From Candidatus Micrarchaeota archaeon (GTDB lineage: Archaea; Micrarchaeota; Micrarchaeia; Anstonellales; Anstonellaceae): a DNA stretch of 24,374 bases. Of this stretch, positions 1-8,661 are shown piece after piece (the stretch's first letter is position 1; every line of letters starts with the position of its first letter). The notes below the pieces were generated by a model. It was not told where the DNA came from. It ran no database searches and saw nothing but the letters and a program-made list of their open reading frames with translations. The DNA lies in contig JBDRNY010000088.1 of the NCBI GenBank assembly GCA_043810635.1, forward strand, positions 1 through 24,374, written 5' to 3'. The position numbers and the translations under genes were made by a program.

Positions 1-579
1 GCAAGATTGGGAAGTGGCTCTGCCTCAAGAAGCGTATTTGGAGGATTTGTTAGGTGGAAGAAAGGGAAAAGAAAGGATGGGAATGACAGTTATTCTGTGC
101 AAATTGCGAAAAAGAAGCATTGGAATGAAATTGTAGATGTAATTGTAATTGTTGATGCAAGAAAAAAGAGAATAAGCTCAAAAGAGGGGATGGAAAGGAC
201 TGCAAGGAGTTCTAAATTGATGAAAAAAAGGCTGAGAGAAGTGAAGAAAAGAATTTCCGGGATTGTGCGGGCTATTAGGAAAAAAGATTTTGAAAAATTT
301 GCAAAAATAACTATGGAAGATTCGGATTCAATGCATGAAGCGGCTGCAGGGGCGCACCCGCCTGTAATTTATATGAATAAAATTTCACATAAAATTGCAA
401 ATGAAGTGAAAAAATTAAATGAAAAGAAAATAATTGCAGGCTATACTTTTGATGCAGGGCCTAATGCACACATCATAACTTTGCGAAGGCATGCGCCGAA
501 AGTAAGGAAAATGCTTGGGAAAATTAAAGGAGTGAAAAAAATAATTATTTCAGGAATTGGAAATGGAATTAGAAATTGA
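1..579 (+). CDS. mvaD: Diphosphomevalonate/phosphomevalonate decarboxylase (GHMP superfamily), 5'-truncated by window edge
   Basis: Frame is open from base 1 (ARLGSGSASRS). Family motifs RxGSGSAxRS, SSxxGM, DSxxMH and YTFDAGPNAH are present. Substrate (MVAPP vs MVAP) cannot be read from this fragment. Confidence 0.88.
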   Translation, partial: ARLGSGSASRSVFGGFVRWKKGKRKDGNDSYSVQIAKKKHWNEIVDVIVIVDARKKRISSKEGMERTARSSKLMKKRLREVKKRISGIVRAIRKKDFEKFAKITMEDSDSMHEAAAGAHPPVIYMNKISHKIANEVKKLNEKKIIAGYTFDAGPNAHIITLRRHAPKVRKMLGKIKGVKKIIISGIGNGIRN

Positions 580-967
580 TTTCCCCTTCATCTGCATCCA
601 CTTCTATAATTTGCCCGTCTTTTAATATTTCAAAGGGGTTTTTTTCCAATTTGTCAAGCATTGGAATTTTTGAAATGATTGCGCCCACCGCAATTATGGG
701 CTCTGATTCCAAATTTATTATTGCTGCGGGAGCTTTTTTGTTTTTCTTTAATTGAAGCAAAACATATGAGCCGACTGTGGAGCCTTTTCCGTGCGGGAAT
801 ACCAATATTTTGTTTGCAATGCATTTTCCTTCCAAAGAATGGCCCTCTTCTCCTACAATGCCTGTATCTGCATCTACCCCGCCCAAAAATGAGATTGCAT
901 CTTTTGACATCAATACTTCGCCCTTTGCTTTTCCCGGAGCTATTATTCTTCCTTTAATTTTTTGCAT
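569..967 (-). CDS. Phosphomevalonate dehydratase small subunit (AcnX swiveling domain, DUF126)
   Basis: 132 aa with ISFLGGVD, FPHGKGSTVGS and EPIIAVGAII motifs. Large subunit and other MVA genes are nearby. Confidence 0.9.
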   Translation of the reverse strand: MQKIKGRIIAPGKAKGEVLMSKDAISFLGGVDADTGIVGEEGHSLEGKCIANKILVFPHGKGSTVGSYVLLQLKKNKKAPAAIINLESEPIIAVGAIISKIPMLDKLEKNPFEILKDGQIIEVDADEGEINF

Positions 968-1019
968 TGAATCAAGATATAATACTGAAATAAAGATTAT
1001 AATTCAATATGTTAAGAAA

Positions 1020-1526
1020 TTATGGAAAAAATGGAATAGATGGAGGTTTTGGATCATTGGGATTAGTTTTACGATTATCCACTGATTTAATCTTACATTC
1101 GGTGGAGTTATCTGTTTTAGATGGTTTTTTGATTAACCCAAATGTGATAAGTAAAAATAGCAAACCAAATCCAATGAAACTAATTATGCCAAGAGCCAAA
1201 AGAGTGGAATCTGAAAAGTATATAATCAACAGCATAGGTATGAAACTCAGAACCAAATTAGTTGATAAATTTTTAATAAAATCTGGTTTTCCCATAAGAA
1301 GATTTGCAAATACAAGAAACCAAGACAATAATAGTGAGATCGCCGCTATAAAAACAGATAGAATACCAAGTATAACAAATAAGTGAAATGCTTCAACCTC
1401 TGCAAAACCAGATATAAAACCTAAAACTACAAAAACTGGAATAGCAAGTACCGATAGAACATAAATAACTCTTGAAATGTAAAGTGCAGAATATTTTTTT
1501 CCATTATAATAGATCGACAGATCCAT
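1020..1526 (-). CDS. Hypothetical membrane protein (~4 TM helices)
   Basis: 168-aa ORF with ATG start, four long hydrophobic segments and a Pro-rich tail. AT-rich; no family recognised. Confidence 0.6.
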   Translation of the reverse strand: MDLSIYYNGKKYSALYISRVIYVLSVLAIPVFVVLGFISGFAEVEAFHLFVILGILSVFIAAISLLLSWFLVFANLLMGKPDFIKNLSTNLVLSFIPMLLIIYFSDSTLLALGIISFIGFGLLFLLITFGLIKKPSKTDNSTECKIKSVDNRKTNPNDPKPPSIPFFP

Positions 1527-1569
1527 AGAAAAAAAAGGTAAATGAAGTTAATATATATATAGGTGAGGA

Positions 1570-2704
1570 TGGCTTTGCGCCACTTATATCATCCTCGAAA
1601 AAGCGTGCATTTTACGTCGTTGCAAAAATAAGCGTTAATCAACATGTAGATGTTCTGAACCGTTATCCTGGCAAGGCACTCTGAGCGCCTTGCCTTTGGC
1701 AGCCTGTTGAGCAGTGACCTTGCAAACCTTCTTTTGTAGGATGAGAAATAACTCTCACTATTCTCTCTTCTGTAGAAAATCTCAAGCCAACCTTGGGGAT
1801 CCTTTAGTATCCCCTCAAGCATCTTTCTCCATGCAGGCGCCCCGTCCTGATTCGTTTTCACTCCTATTTTGGGATAAACATTAGGCACTCCATCCAAATC
1901 AGCAACAGCCTGGGCATTTTTTCTTGAAAGAAATCCTGCATCTGCCTCAACATCTTCAATGAAGAACCTTTCCGCTGTTTCATTGAGCAGAGGCTCAAAC
2001 AGCGGATTGTCATTTGCAGTTCCATGAACAAAAAGTGCAGAAGTGGCAATCTGGTAGTTGTTGCTTATCATTACAGCCACTCTGTCATAACCTGCGTGCT
2101 TCTCATGCTTGCCCCTGTCATTCTCATAATTTTGCTTTATTGACAGGGGCTGGTCTGTTGAATCAGCGCTAAATGATTTTTCCAGTTCCATAATAGGCTC
2201 ACTGGTGGCAAATAAAACTTTTTTCAGGATTTTTCTTACATCTCTTCTGAGATAAGCCCTTGAAATTGTTCTTGCGGAAGGCACAACATTTATGTGAAGT
2301 TTTTCCCTGAAAATATCTGCAACCACTTCCATCACTCTTTCAGATTTCTGGAAATATTGCTGAAGCAGAACTATTTTTGCAAGATCAGAGGCAAGTATTC
2401 TCCCCTTTTTTCTGCCTTCTTTTGGGCATGCTTCCTCAACTGCATTTCTGACAAAAGGCAGAAGGAGCTTGATTTCATTTATCTTGGCAAGGTTGTAGGC
2501 ATGCCAGTCAAGTGGCCCCCCATCCTTGAATTTATACTCAAAGCTGCCTTTTTTCAAATCCTTCAGGAGCCTATTGAGAATCCTCTGTTGCTTCTTCATT
2601 TACTGTCGCCTGACAGAATATGCACCGAAAAATTCACAACACTTTCGGTTTACGACGGAGAATAAGACTAATTTATGACGTTAAATCAGTTTGGCGCAAA
2701 GCCA
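1570..2704 (-). mobile_element. Intact insertion sequence (~1135 bp), probably IS5 family
   Basis: Perfect 13-bp terminal inverted repeats TGGCTTTGCGCCA (1570-1582) and TGGCGCAAAGCCA (2692-2704). Flanking direct repeat GTGAGGA(T) at 1563-1569/70 and 2705-2711/12. Contains a single DDE transposase ORF. Confidence 0.9.
1589..2599 (-). CDS. DDE transposase (IS5/IS4-like)
   Basis: 336 aa with ADST (D1), ADAGF (D2) and FYRRENSESYFSSYK (aromatic-x2-R-x3-E-x6-K, E) motifs. Lies between the TIRs. Confidence 0.9.
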   Translation of the reverse strand: MKKQQRILNRLLKDLKKGSFEYKFKDGGPLDWHAYNLAKINEIKLLLPFVRNAVEEACPKEGRKKGRILASDLAKIVLLQQYFQKSERVMEVVADIFREKLHINVVPSARTISRAYLRRDVRKILKKVLFATSEPIMELEKSFSADSTDQPLSIKQNYENDRGKHEKHAGYDRVAVMISNNYQIATSALFVHGTANDNPLFEPLLNETAERFFIEDVEADAGFLSRKNAQAVADLDGVPNVYPKIGVKTNQDGAPAWRKMLEGILKDPQGWLEIFYRRENSESYFSSYKRRFARSLLNRLPKARRSECLARITVQNIYMLINAYFCNDVKCTLFRG

Positions 2705-2716
2705 GTGAGGATAATA

Positions 2717-3892
2717 CTATTTTAATAGAATAATATCATCAATATCCCCGAACACAACTTTTTGCTTTCCAAGGGATTGCAAATATTTGGCGGCTTTTCC
2801 TGAATTGCAGCCAGTGCATGAAAAGCCCATATCTGTCAATGGGGAGACAACCATGCAGGTGTCTGCCACAACTATTCCCCCCGCATCTTCAATTATTTTA
2901 ACATAGCCCAATTCTGCTGCTTTTTGCTTTGTTTTTCTTGCTGCGCATACCCATAATTCGCATTTTAATTTTTTTCCTTTTAGCAAATTTGCAACTTTTT
3001 TTATTTCATCAATTGATGCGTGCGGGCAGCCCATTGTAATTAATTGGGGTGGTTCTTTTGAATTTAGGATTTCCCTCTCATTTTTGATATCATCATCTGT
3101 AATTGTTATTTCCTCTGCATTTTCGCTTAATTTGAATTCAGGGGTAATATTTTTCACATAATAAAGAGGCACTGCGCCTGAAGCTGCCATGGATGCACCC
3201 AAAATTTTCAGCTCATCTTCTGAAATTTTTTCAATTCCTGTAAATGCCAGAAAATGCTTTTTTGCTTTTTTACCTACAAATGAACCGAGCGCTCCGAAAT
3301 CTGCAAATGTTTTTGGGTTTGCTTCTACTTTTACTGCAAAATCACTTATTCTGTTTTCATCTAAATGCAAGCCGTAATTTGGAGTGAAGCCGCATATTGC
3401 GGCAGCTAAAGCAGACGGGCCACCTTCCCTGTTGGTGCGGGCGCCTAAAACTGAATTTGCAAATGCAACAGCAGAACTTTCGGCCCATGCAATATGCTCG
3501 CCTAACTTGGGGCGGATGCCAACCAAATAAGGGGTGCAGGTGCATGACATTGAAATGCCCATGGATTTGAATGCATCCAATATTTCAATTTGCTTTTTTG
3601 CAAATTGCTCGGGCACTTTCATTTTTCGCCATTGCTCCCTGTCCATTCCCGCGGGGTTGAGAAATGTTGGAACGCGCACCTTGGCATTTTTGGAAGCATA
3701 ATCCTGCAGATATTCCAATCCCGCATCCCCAATTGTTTTATAGGAAACTCCGGCAACCTGCACAGAAGTGACTGGAATCATATTTTTTGCGCCATATATT
3801 TTTCCTAATGCAACAAGAATTTGCATTGCCTGGGCAGAAGCTTCGCCCATTTCGTTGTCAAGCATTTTTTGCTGCTCTTTTGTTAATTGCAT
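2717..3892 (-). CDS. Phosphomevalonate dehydratase large subunit (aconitase X catalytic domain, DUF521)
   Basis: 391 aa with GVSYKTIG, NPAGMD, CTCTPY, WAESSA, TNREGG, GCPH and DTC motifs (Fe-S ligating Cys). AGGTG Shine-Dalgarno upstream. Confidence 0.92.
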   Translation of the reverse strand: MQLTKEQQKMLDNEMGEASAQAMQILVALGKIYGAKNMIPVTSVQVAGVSYKTIGDAGLEYLQDYASKNAKVRVPTFLNPAGMDREQWRKMKVPEQFAKKQIEILDAFKSMGISMSCTCTPYLVGIRPKLGEHIAWAESSAVAFANSVLGARTNREGGPSALAAAICGFTPNYGLHLDENRISDFAVKVEANPKTFADFGALGSFVGKKAKKHFLAFTGIEKISEDELKILGASMAASGAVPLYYVKNITPEFKLSENAEEITITDDDIKNEREILNSKEPPQLITMGCPHASIDEIKKVANLLKGKKLKCELWVCAARKTKQKAAELGYVKIIEDAGGIVVADTCMVVSPLTDMGFSCTGCNSGKAAKYLQSLGKQKVVFGDIDDIILLK

Positions 3893-3901
3893 TTTTGCAC
3901 C

Positions 3902-3922
3902 TAGACTATTACTAATAGTCTA
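3902..3922. repeat. Perfect 9-3-9 inverted repeat between the HEPN stop and the acnX large-subunit SD
   Basis: TAGACTATT-ACT-AATAGTCTA. Confidence 0.6.
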
Positions 3923-4348
3923 TCTTCCTTTTATTTTTTCCTCTATTTTTTCAAAAAATTCCCCAGCGGTTTTTACAGCATGTTTTGCCTCATATTCTGA
4001 AATAACCCCTGCTTTATCATACATAACCTGATGCCTCTTTCTTCTCATTCTGTCAAAAATCTCTATTTTTTCGCCTAATTTTGCCCCAAGCTTTGCATCT
4101 ACATAATCAACAACTGCCTTGTGGTAGCTTTCCCCGACTGCCACATGCCCACCTGAAAACATAAGGGCCCTTGCAGACTGGAGCATTGCATTATAGGCAA
4201 TTGAAAACACCCAGTCATTGTCTTGGGCAAGCATCTTCTTTGCAACTGCAATATCCCGCTTTGCGGCTAAGAGGCATTCTGACGCCTGCTTTGCATCAGG
4301 CTCCACTTTCTTAATCCGCCCATCTTTTAGCAAATCGCTTAAGTTCAT
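3920..4348 (-). CDS. HEPN domain protein (putative toxin)
   Basis: 142 aa, helical, with AYNAMLQSARALM, H(K)AV and RRKRHQVMYD motifs. Overlaps the upstream nucleotidyltransferase gene. Confidence 0.85.
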   Translation of the reverse strand: MNLSDLLKDGRIKKVEPDAKQASECLLAAKRDIAVAKKMLAQDNDWVFSIAYNAMLQSARALMFSGGHVAVGESYHKAVVDYVDAKLGAKLGEKIEIFDRMRRKRHQVMYDKAGVISEYEAKHAVKTAGEFFEKIEEKIKGR

Positions 4349-4901
4349 TTTCCTCTCCTATAAGCATTATCTTTTTGCTCTTTAAAACATCTTGGATAAA
4401 CCCCTTTTTTAGGCTTTTGAGAAATTCCACTTCAGGATAAATTGCATAGTTGATTTCCCTGCCACAAGTTTTTTCCAATTTCTTAAATTCCTTTAATATG
4501 GATTCTGGACTGATTTTGCCAATCAGCATAACATCAATATCGCTTGAAGGCCTCTCATCTCCTTTTGCAAAAGAGCCGTAGATAAAGGCAAATTTGAGAT
4601 TGTGACTTTTGCCTAAAGCGCCCCTTATCGCATCCCCCAGCCCGGAAGTTTTTGCAATTATTGCTTTTAGCTCTGAATAAATAGGGCAATGGGCGTTTGT
4701 CTGGCAATAGAGCATATTGCCCGCCCTTCTGCTTGTGAGTATATTTGCTTTTTCAAGCTTTGAGAGCTCGGCAGAAACAGCATTTGTTGGCTCGCCTACT
4801 TTGCGGCAAATTTCCCTTAAATAAAAGCTCTTTTTCGGGTTCATGAAAAGCAGGGAGAGAATTTTTCTTTTTGTTTTTGATGTGAATAAAGCATTTAGCA
4901 T
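4311..4901 (-). CDS. Winged-HTH plus minimal nucleotidyltransferase (MNT) antitoxin
   Basis: N-terminal wHTH (LFTSKTKRKIL...YLREI...ELSKLE) and C-terminal Pol-beta NTase motif YGSFAKG-x5-SDIDV. Confidence 0.88.
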   Translation of the reverse strand: MLNALFTSKTKRKILSLLFMNPKKSFYLREICRKVGEPTNAVSAELSKLEKANILTSRRAGNMLYCQTNAHCPIYSELKAIIAKTSGLGDAIRGALGKSHNLKFAFIYGSFAKGDERPSSDIDVMLIGKISPESILKEFKKLEKTCGREINYAIYPEVEFLKSLKKGFIQDVLKSKKIMLIGEENELKRFAKRWAD

Positions 4902-4959
4902 GTATAATTTATTTACTCAAATGTTTAAAAAAGTTATCCATTACATCCGGATGGAGGAA

Positions 4960-5271
4960 TTACAAATACTTTTTTACATCCAGCTTTTTCCATCCGGCTT
5001 TTGTAAAATCTTTTCCATGGGCAATTAATGGCTTTGTTGCATCAACACCGACTTTTGTGGTTTTGTGGGTATTGGGGTCGGCAGAAGGGTCTAGAGAGGA
5101 GCCTTTTTCATTTGCTTTTATTATGACATCTTTGCCAGCTTGCGCACGTGTTGCAATTGCCCATTCAACTTCATCTGGATTGTAAATGTCAATATCATTA
5201 TTCACTATTACGCAGTGTTTGAGGGATTTGTGGCCAATAAATGAAGCTTCTATTGCCTTTTTGCCCTCATC
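4960..5271 (-). pseudogene. ubiD: Orphan 3' fragment (~103 codons) of the UbiD-family decarboxylase
   Basis: Aligns without gaps to 8350-8661 at offset 3390, about 80% nt identity by manual count. Open frame DEGKKAIEASFIGHKSLKHC...SSLDPSA...VDATKP; the 5' part is missing. Confidence 0.88.
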
Positions 5272-5273
5272 TA

Positions 5274-5298
5274 TTTAAATATTGATGAATATCAATAT
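5274..5298 (+). promoter_or_regulatory. TATA box plus probable ArsR operator for the ars-like operon
   Basis: TTTAAATA at 5274-5281 lies ~23 nt before ATG 5297. Perfect 8-4-8 inverted repeat ATATTGAT-GAAT-ATCAATAT (5279-5298) overlaps the expected start site. Confidence 0.7.
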
Positions 5299-5617
5299 GT
5301 TTGTGAAAAAAGAGCTGATTATATTCAAGAATTTGTCCGATGAAACACGGCTTGGCATTGTGGAATTTCTGCTTGAGGGTGAAAAATGCGTCTGCGAGAT
5401 TTTTCCAAAAGTCAAAAGGACACAGTCCACTGTTTCGATACACCTCTCAATACTTGAAGAAGCGGGAATAGTTTCCTCAAGAAGGGAGGGGAAGAAAGTG
5501 AAATACAGGATAAAAGATGAACGGGTTTGCAGGATTCTTAGGGCTGCCGGAAACAAAAAAGCCAGGAGGATGGAGATTGGCAGTTGCAGGAAAAAATATG
5601 ATGGGTTGGTGAAATGA
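5297..5617 (+). CDS. arsR: ArsR/SmtB family metalloid-sensing repressor
   Basis: FKNLSDETRL, metal-binding CVCE, QSTVSIHL and REGK motifs. ATG 5297 preferred over the upstream TTG/ATG because of TATA spacing. Confidence 0.9.
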   Translation: MFVKKELIIFKNLSDETRLGIVEFLLEGEKCVCEIFPKVKRTQSTVSIHLSILEEAGIVSSRREGKKVKYRIKDERVCRILRAAGNKKARRMEIGSCRKKYDGLVK

Positions 5618-6156
5618 GGGATTTTGGCGTATTAATTGCATTTTTTGCCATAGTGGCAATTGCTTTATTTTCATTTGGATGCGTATCGGAAGGCGCGGCA
5701 GGTGATGGGCAGGGAATGATACAGAAATTAAATGGGGAAAATGCAGGTGTTCTTTATTCTCCGGCTTTAGAAGTGCAGGATGAAGAAAATACTGTGGCTG
5801 AAATTGGGGGGAAAGACGTGTCTGTAGAAATGTTTCATTTTCATGGGAATACCCAGTGCTATTCATGCGTGAGGCTTGGGGAGCTTGCAGATAATGTGAT
5901 AAACAACTATTTCAAGGACGAACTTGAATCTGGGGAATTAAATTATATGCATATCAATGCTCAGGCTCCAGAGAATTTAGAGCTTGCAAAAGAGTATCAG
6001 GTAAGCTCTATATCATTACAGATAGGCACTACAATAAATGGAGTGAAGACACGGGAGAACCTGGATAAGGTATGGCATTATCTTGAGGATGAAAAGGGTT
6101 TTGAGAATTATCTAAAGCCGATGTTGGAGAAAAGATTGAATGGAGAGCTGAATTAG
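5614..6156 (+). CDS. Lipoprotein with thioredoxin-like CxxC (ArsF-like family)
   Basis: Signal peptide with lipobox LFSFGC and motif FHFHGNTQCYSC. ATGA overlap with arsR. Confidence 0.7.
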   Translation: MRDFGVLIAFFAIVAIALFSFGCVSEGAAGDGQGMIQKLNGENAGVLYSPALEVQDEENTVAEIGGKDVSVEMFHFHGNTQCYSCVRLGELADNVINNYFKDELESGELNYMHINAQAPENLELAKEYQVSSISLQIGTTINGVKTRENLDKVWHYLEDEKGFENYLKPMLEKRLNGELN

Positions 6157-6157
6157 G

Positions 6158-6871
6158 ATGGAACTTATGCAGTTTATGCAGGATATGGCATCAAACGATA
6201 TTTCAATTCTTGCAGCATTTTTTATAGGTCTGATGGCAGCCATAAGCCCGTGCCCTCTTGCCACAAATATAACTGCAATAGCTTATATCTCAAAGAATCT
6301 TGAGGGGGGAACAAAAATAATTCTATCTGGATTATCATATACGTTTGGAAGAATGCTTGCATACGTTTCGATAGCTGCTCTGATTGTATATTTTGGGATG
6401 AATGTGATGGGCATCTCAATGCTTTTGCAGTCCAATGCAGAGTTGCTTTTAGGGTCGTTGCTTTTGATAAGCGGGCTTGTGATGCTTGAATATATCAAGC
6501 TTGGAAGTTTGAAGTTAGGGGGGCAGGGGTTTGAAAAAATGAAAGAGCAACTTGTTCAAAAAGGATATTTTGGATCGTTTGCTCTTGGGTTCTTGTTTGC
6601 TATGGCATTTTGCCCGTTTAGCGCGGTGTTGTATTTTGGAATGCTCATCCCGCTTGCACTAAATGCATCTGATGCTATTTTTATCCCCGCATCATTTTCT
6701 TTAGCTACAGGGTTGCCGGTATTGGTGGCAGCACTTGCATTTACACAGGGGGCTAGTATGATTGGAAAATATCTTGGCAAAATTCAGATGGTTGAAAAGG
6801 GAGTGAGAAAGTTTGCAGGTATGGTGTTTGTTTTGGCTGGAATTTATTATTTGATCCAGTTAGTGATTTAA
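6158..6871 (+). CDS. ArsG-like / CcdA-DsbD family membrane protein
   Basis: About 6 TM helices with AISPCPLATN, YTFGR, AFCPFS and FSLATGLP motifs. Confidence 0.8.
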   Translation: MELMQFMQDMASNDISILAAFFIGLMAAISPCPLATNITAIAYISKNLEGGTKIILSGLSYTFGRMLAYVSIAALIVYFGMNVMGISMLLQSNAELLLGSLLLISGLVMLEYIKLGSLKLGGQGFEKMKEQLVQKGYFGSFALGFLFAMAFCPFSAVLYFGMLIPLALNASDAIFIPASFSLATGLPVLVAALAFTQGASMIGKYLGKIQMVEKGVRKFAGMVFVLAGIYYLIQLVI

Positions 6872-6884
6872 GAGGTGATTTGAC

Positions 6885-7130
6885 ATGAAAATAAAAGTTG
6901 TTGGCTCGGGATGTCCTTCTTGCTCGGCATTGCATGAGAAAGTGAAAAAGATTGTGAGTGAGAATAAAATTGACGCAAAAATCGAGTATGTGAAAGACAT
7001 AAATGAGCTTGTTAATTTGGGAGTGATGTCAAGCCCTGCGCTTGTCATAGACGGCAAAGTGGCGATGTCGGGGGCGGTTTCAGATAGCGATCTCAAAAAG
7101 ACAATACTGGAGAAAACTAAGAAAATATAG
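6885..7130 (+). CDS. Small thioredoxin-family redox-active disulfide protein
   Basis: MKIKVVGSGCPSC...GVMSSPALVIDG; GAGGTGA SD. Confidence 0.9.
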   Translation: MKIKVVGSGCPSCSALHEKVKKIVSENKIDAKIEYVKDINELVNLGVMSSPALVIDGKVAMSGAVSDSDLKKTILEKTKKI

Positions 7131-7166
7131 GGTGTGAAATATAGGAGCGATACTTGGTGAGATGGC

Positions 7167-8282
7167 ATGGAAAAAAATGAGAGGAATTTTTTGATTGGGA
7201 TAGTTGGGCTTTTTTTGCTATTTTATTTCATGCCCTCAGGGGAAAGATGGTTTGATAATGCGATATTGTCAGGCACGACGATGCTTCATGAATATGCCAT
7301 TTTGCACATATTGACCTGCCTTGTTCCTGCATTTTTCATAGCAGGTGCGCTAAACACGTTTGTACAAAAAAGCACCATACTCAAAAATTTGAGCTCAAAG
7401 GCAAACAAGCTAAATGCATATGCCATTGCGTCCGTGAGTGGAGCCGTGCTGGCGGTTTGTTCGTGCACTATATTGCCCTTGTTTGCGGGCATACATAAAC
7501 GGGGCGCGGGACTTGGACCCGCTACAACATTCCTTTTTTCTGGTCCCGCGATAAATATTGCGGCAATATTTCTCACGTTTAGCGTTCTTGGATTTGATAT
7601 TGGGATAGCGAGGGCGGTTTCTGCGATAGTTTTGGCGATTTTAGTTGGAATTTCGATGGATTTTATATTTAGGGAAAAACAGGATAAAGGCGCATTGATT
7701 CTGGATAAGGAACAGAAAATAATTACTTCCAAAACTACAGTTGGAGCGCTTATGGTTTTTATGGTGGGAATTTTAATTGTGAACGGGCTTCAGATTGAAT
7801 CCTTTTTGAAAATATCTGCGATGGTTTTGCTTGCTCTTGTGGTTGGAGGGATGAGCTGGCTTTGGGTCGATAAAAAAGAGAGGGCTTCCTGGCTTGGACA
7901 GACTTGGGATTTTGCCAAAACTCTTATGCCCGTTTTGTTTATAGGAGTGTTTATTGCCGGTTTTGCAATTGAGATTATACCGCAGGATTTGGTTAAGGAA
8001 ATTGCGGGCGAGAATACTCTTGTTGCAAACGCTTTTGCTTCAGTATTTGGTGCGTTTATGTATTTCTCCACATTGACAGAGATTCCGATATTGCAGGCAT
8101 TGATTGCAAGTGGGATGCATAGGGGGCCGGCTTTGGCTCTTTTATTGGCGGGCCCAAGCTTGAGTTTGCCAAACCTTCTTGTGATAAGACAGGTGCTTGG
8201 GAATACAAAGACTCTTGCGTATTTGGTTTTGGTAATACTGTTTTCTACCGTTGCTGGATTTTTGTTTGGAATGGTTGCTTAA
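7167..8282 (+). CDS. arsP: ArsP/DUF318 permease (putative organoarsenical efflux)
   Basis: TCLVPAFFIAG, AVCSCTILPLF, FLFSGPAIN, MYFSTLTE and LLAGPSLSLP motifs; multiple TM helices. Confidence 0.85.
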   Translation: MEKNERNFLIGIVGLFLLFYFMPSGERWFDNAILSGTTMLHEYAILHILTCLVPAFFIAGALNTFVQKSTILKNLSSKANKLNAYAIASVSGAVLAVCSCTILPLFAGIHKRGAGLGPATTFLFSGPAINIAAIFLTFSVLGFDIGIARAVSAIVLAILVGISMDFIFREKQDKGALILDKEQKIITSKTTVGALMVFMVGILIVNGLQIESFLKISAMVLLALVVGGMSWLWVDKKERASWLGQTWDFAKTLMPVLFIGVFIAGFAIEIIPQDLVKEIAGENTLVANAFASVFGAFMYFSTLTEIPILQALIASGMHRGPALALLLAGPSLSLPNLLVIRQVLGNTKTLAYLVLVILFSTVAGFLFGMVA

Positions 8283-8349
8283 GACTAAATAGGGGTTTAA
8301 TTTGCTATTCCACACCTTTTGTATCAGGTTGAAATCCAGTTTGGGGTAA

Positions 8350-8661
8350 TTAAAAATATTCCTGCACATCTATTTTTTTCCATCCAGCTTTTGCAAAATC
8401 TTTTCCATGGGCAATTAATGGCTTTGTTGCATCAACACCGACTTTTGTGGTTTTTCTTGTGTTGGGATCTGCTGATGGATCTAAGGAAGAGCCTTTTTGG
8501 TCTGGCTTGATGACTAAATCCTTGTTTGCCTGAAAGCGGGTGGCAATTGCCCACTCCACTTCTTCTGGGGAGTAAATGTCAATGTCTTCATCAACAACAA
8601 TGCAGTGTTTGAGGGATTTGTGGCCAATAAATGCCGCTTCTGTTGCCTTTTTGCCGTCATC
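8350..8661. repeat. Imperfect 312-bp direct repeat (partner copy 4960-5271)
   Basis: Includes a 60-bp identical block (8395-8454 = 5005-5064) and a 32-bp identical block (8602-8633 = 5212-5243). Confidence 0.9.

Noticed and set aside
4960..8661. Diversity-generating retroelement TR/VR pair
   Set aside because: Mismatches are not adenine-specific, many are at synonymous positions, and there is no reverse transcriptase in the window.
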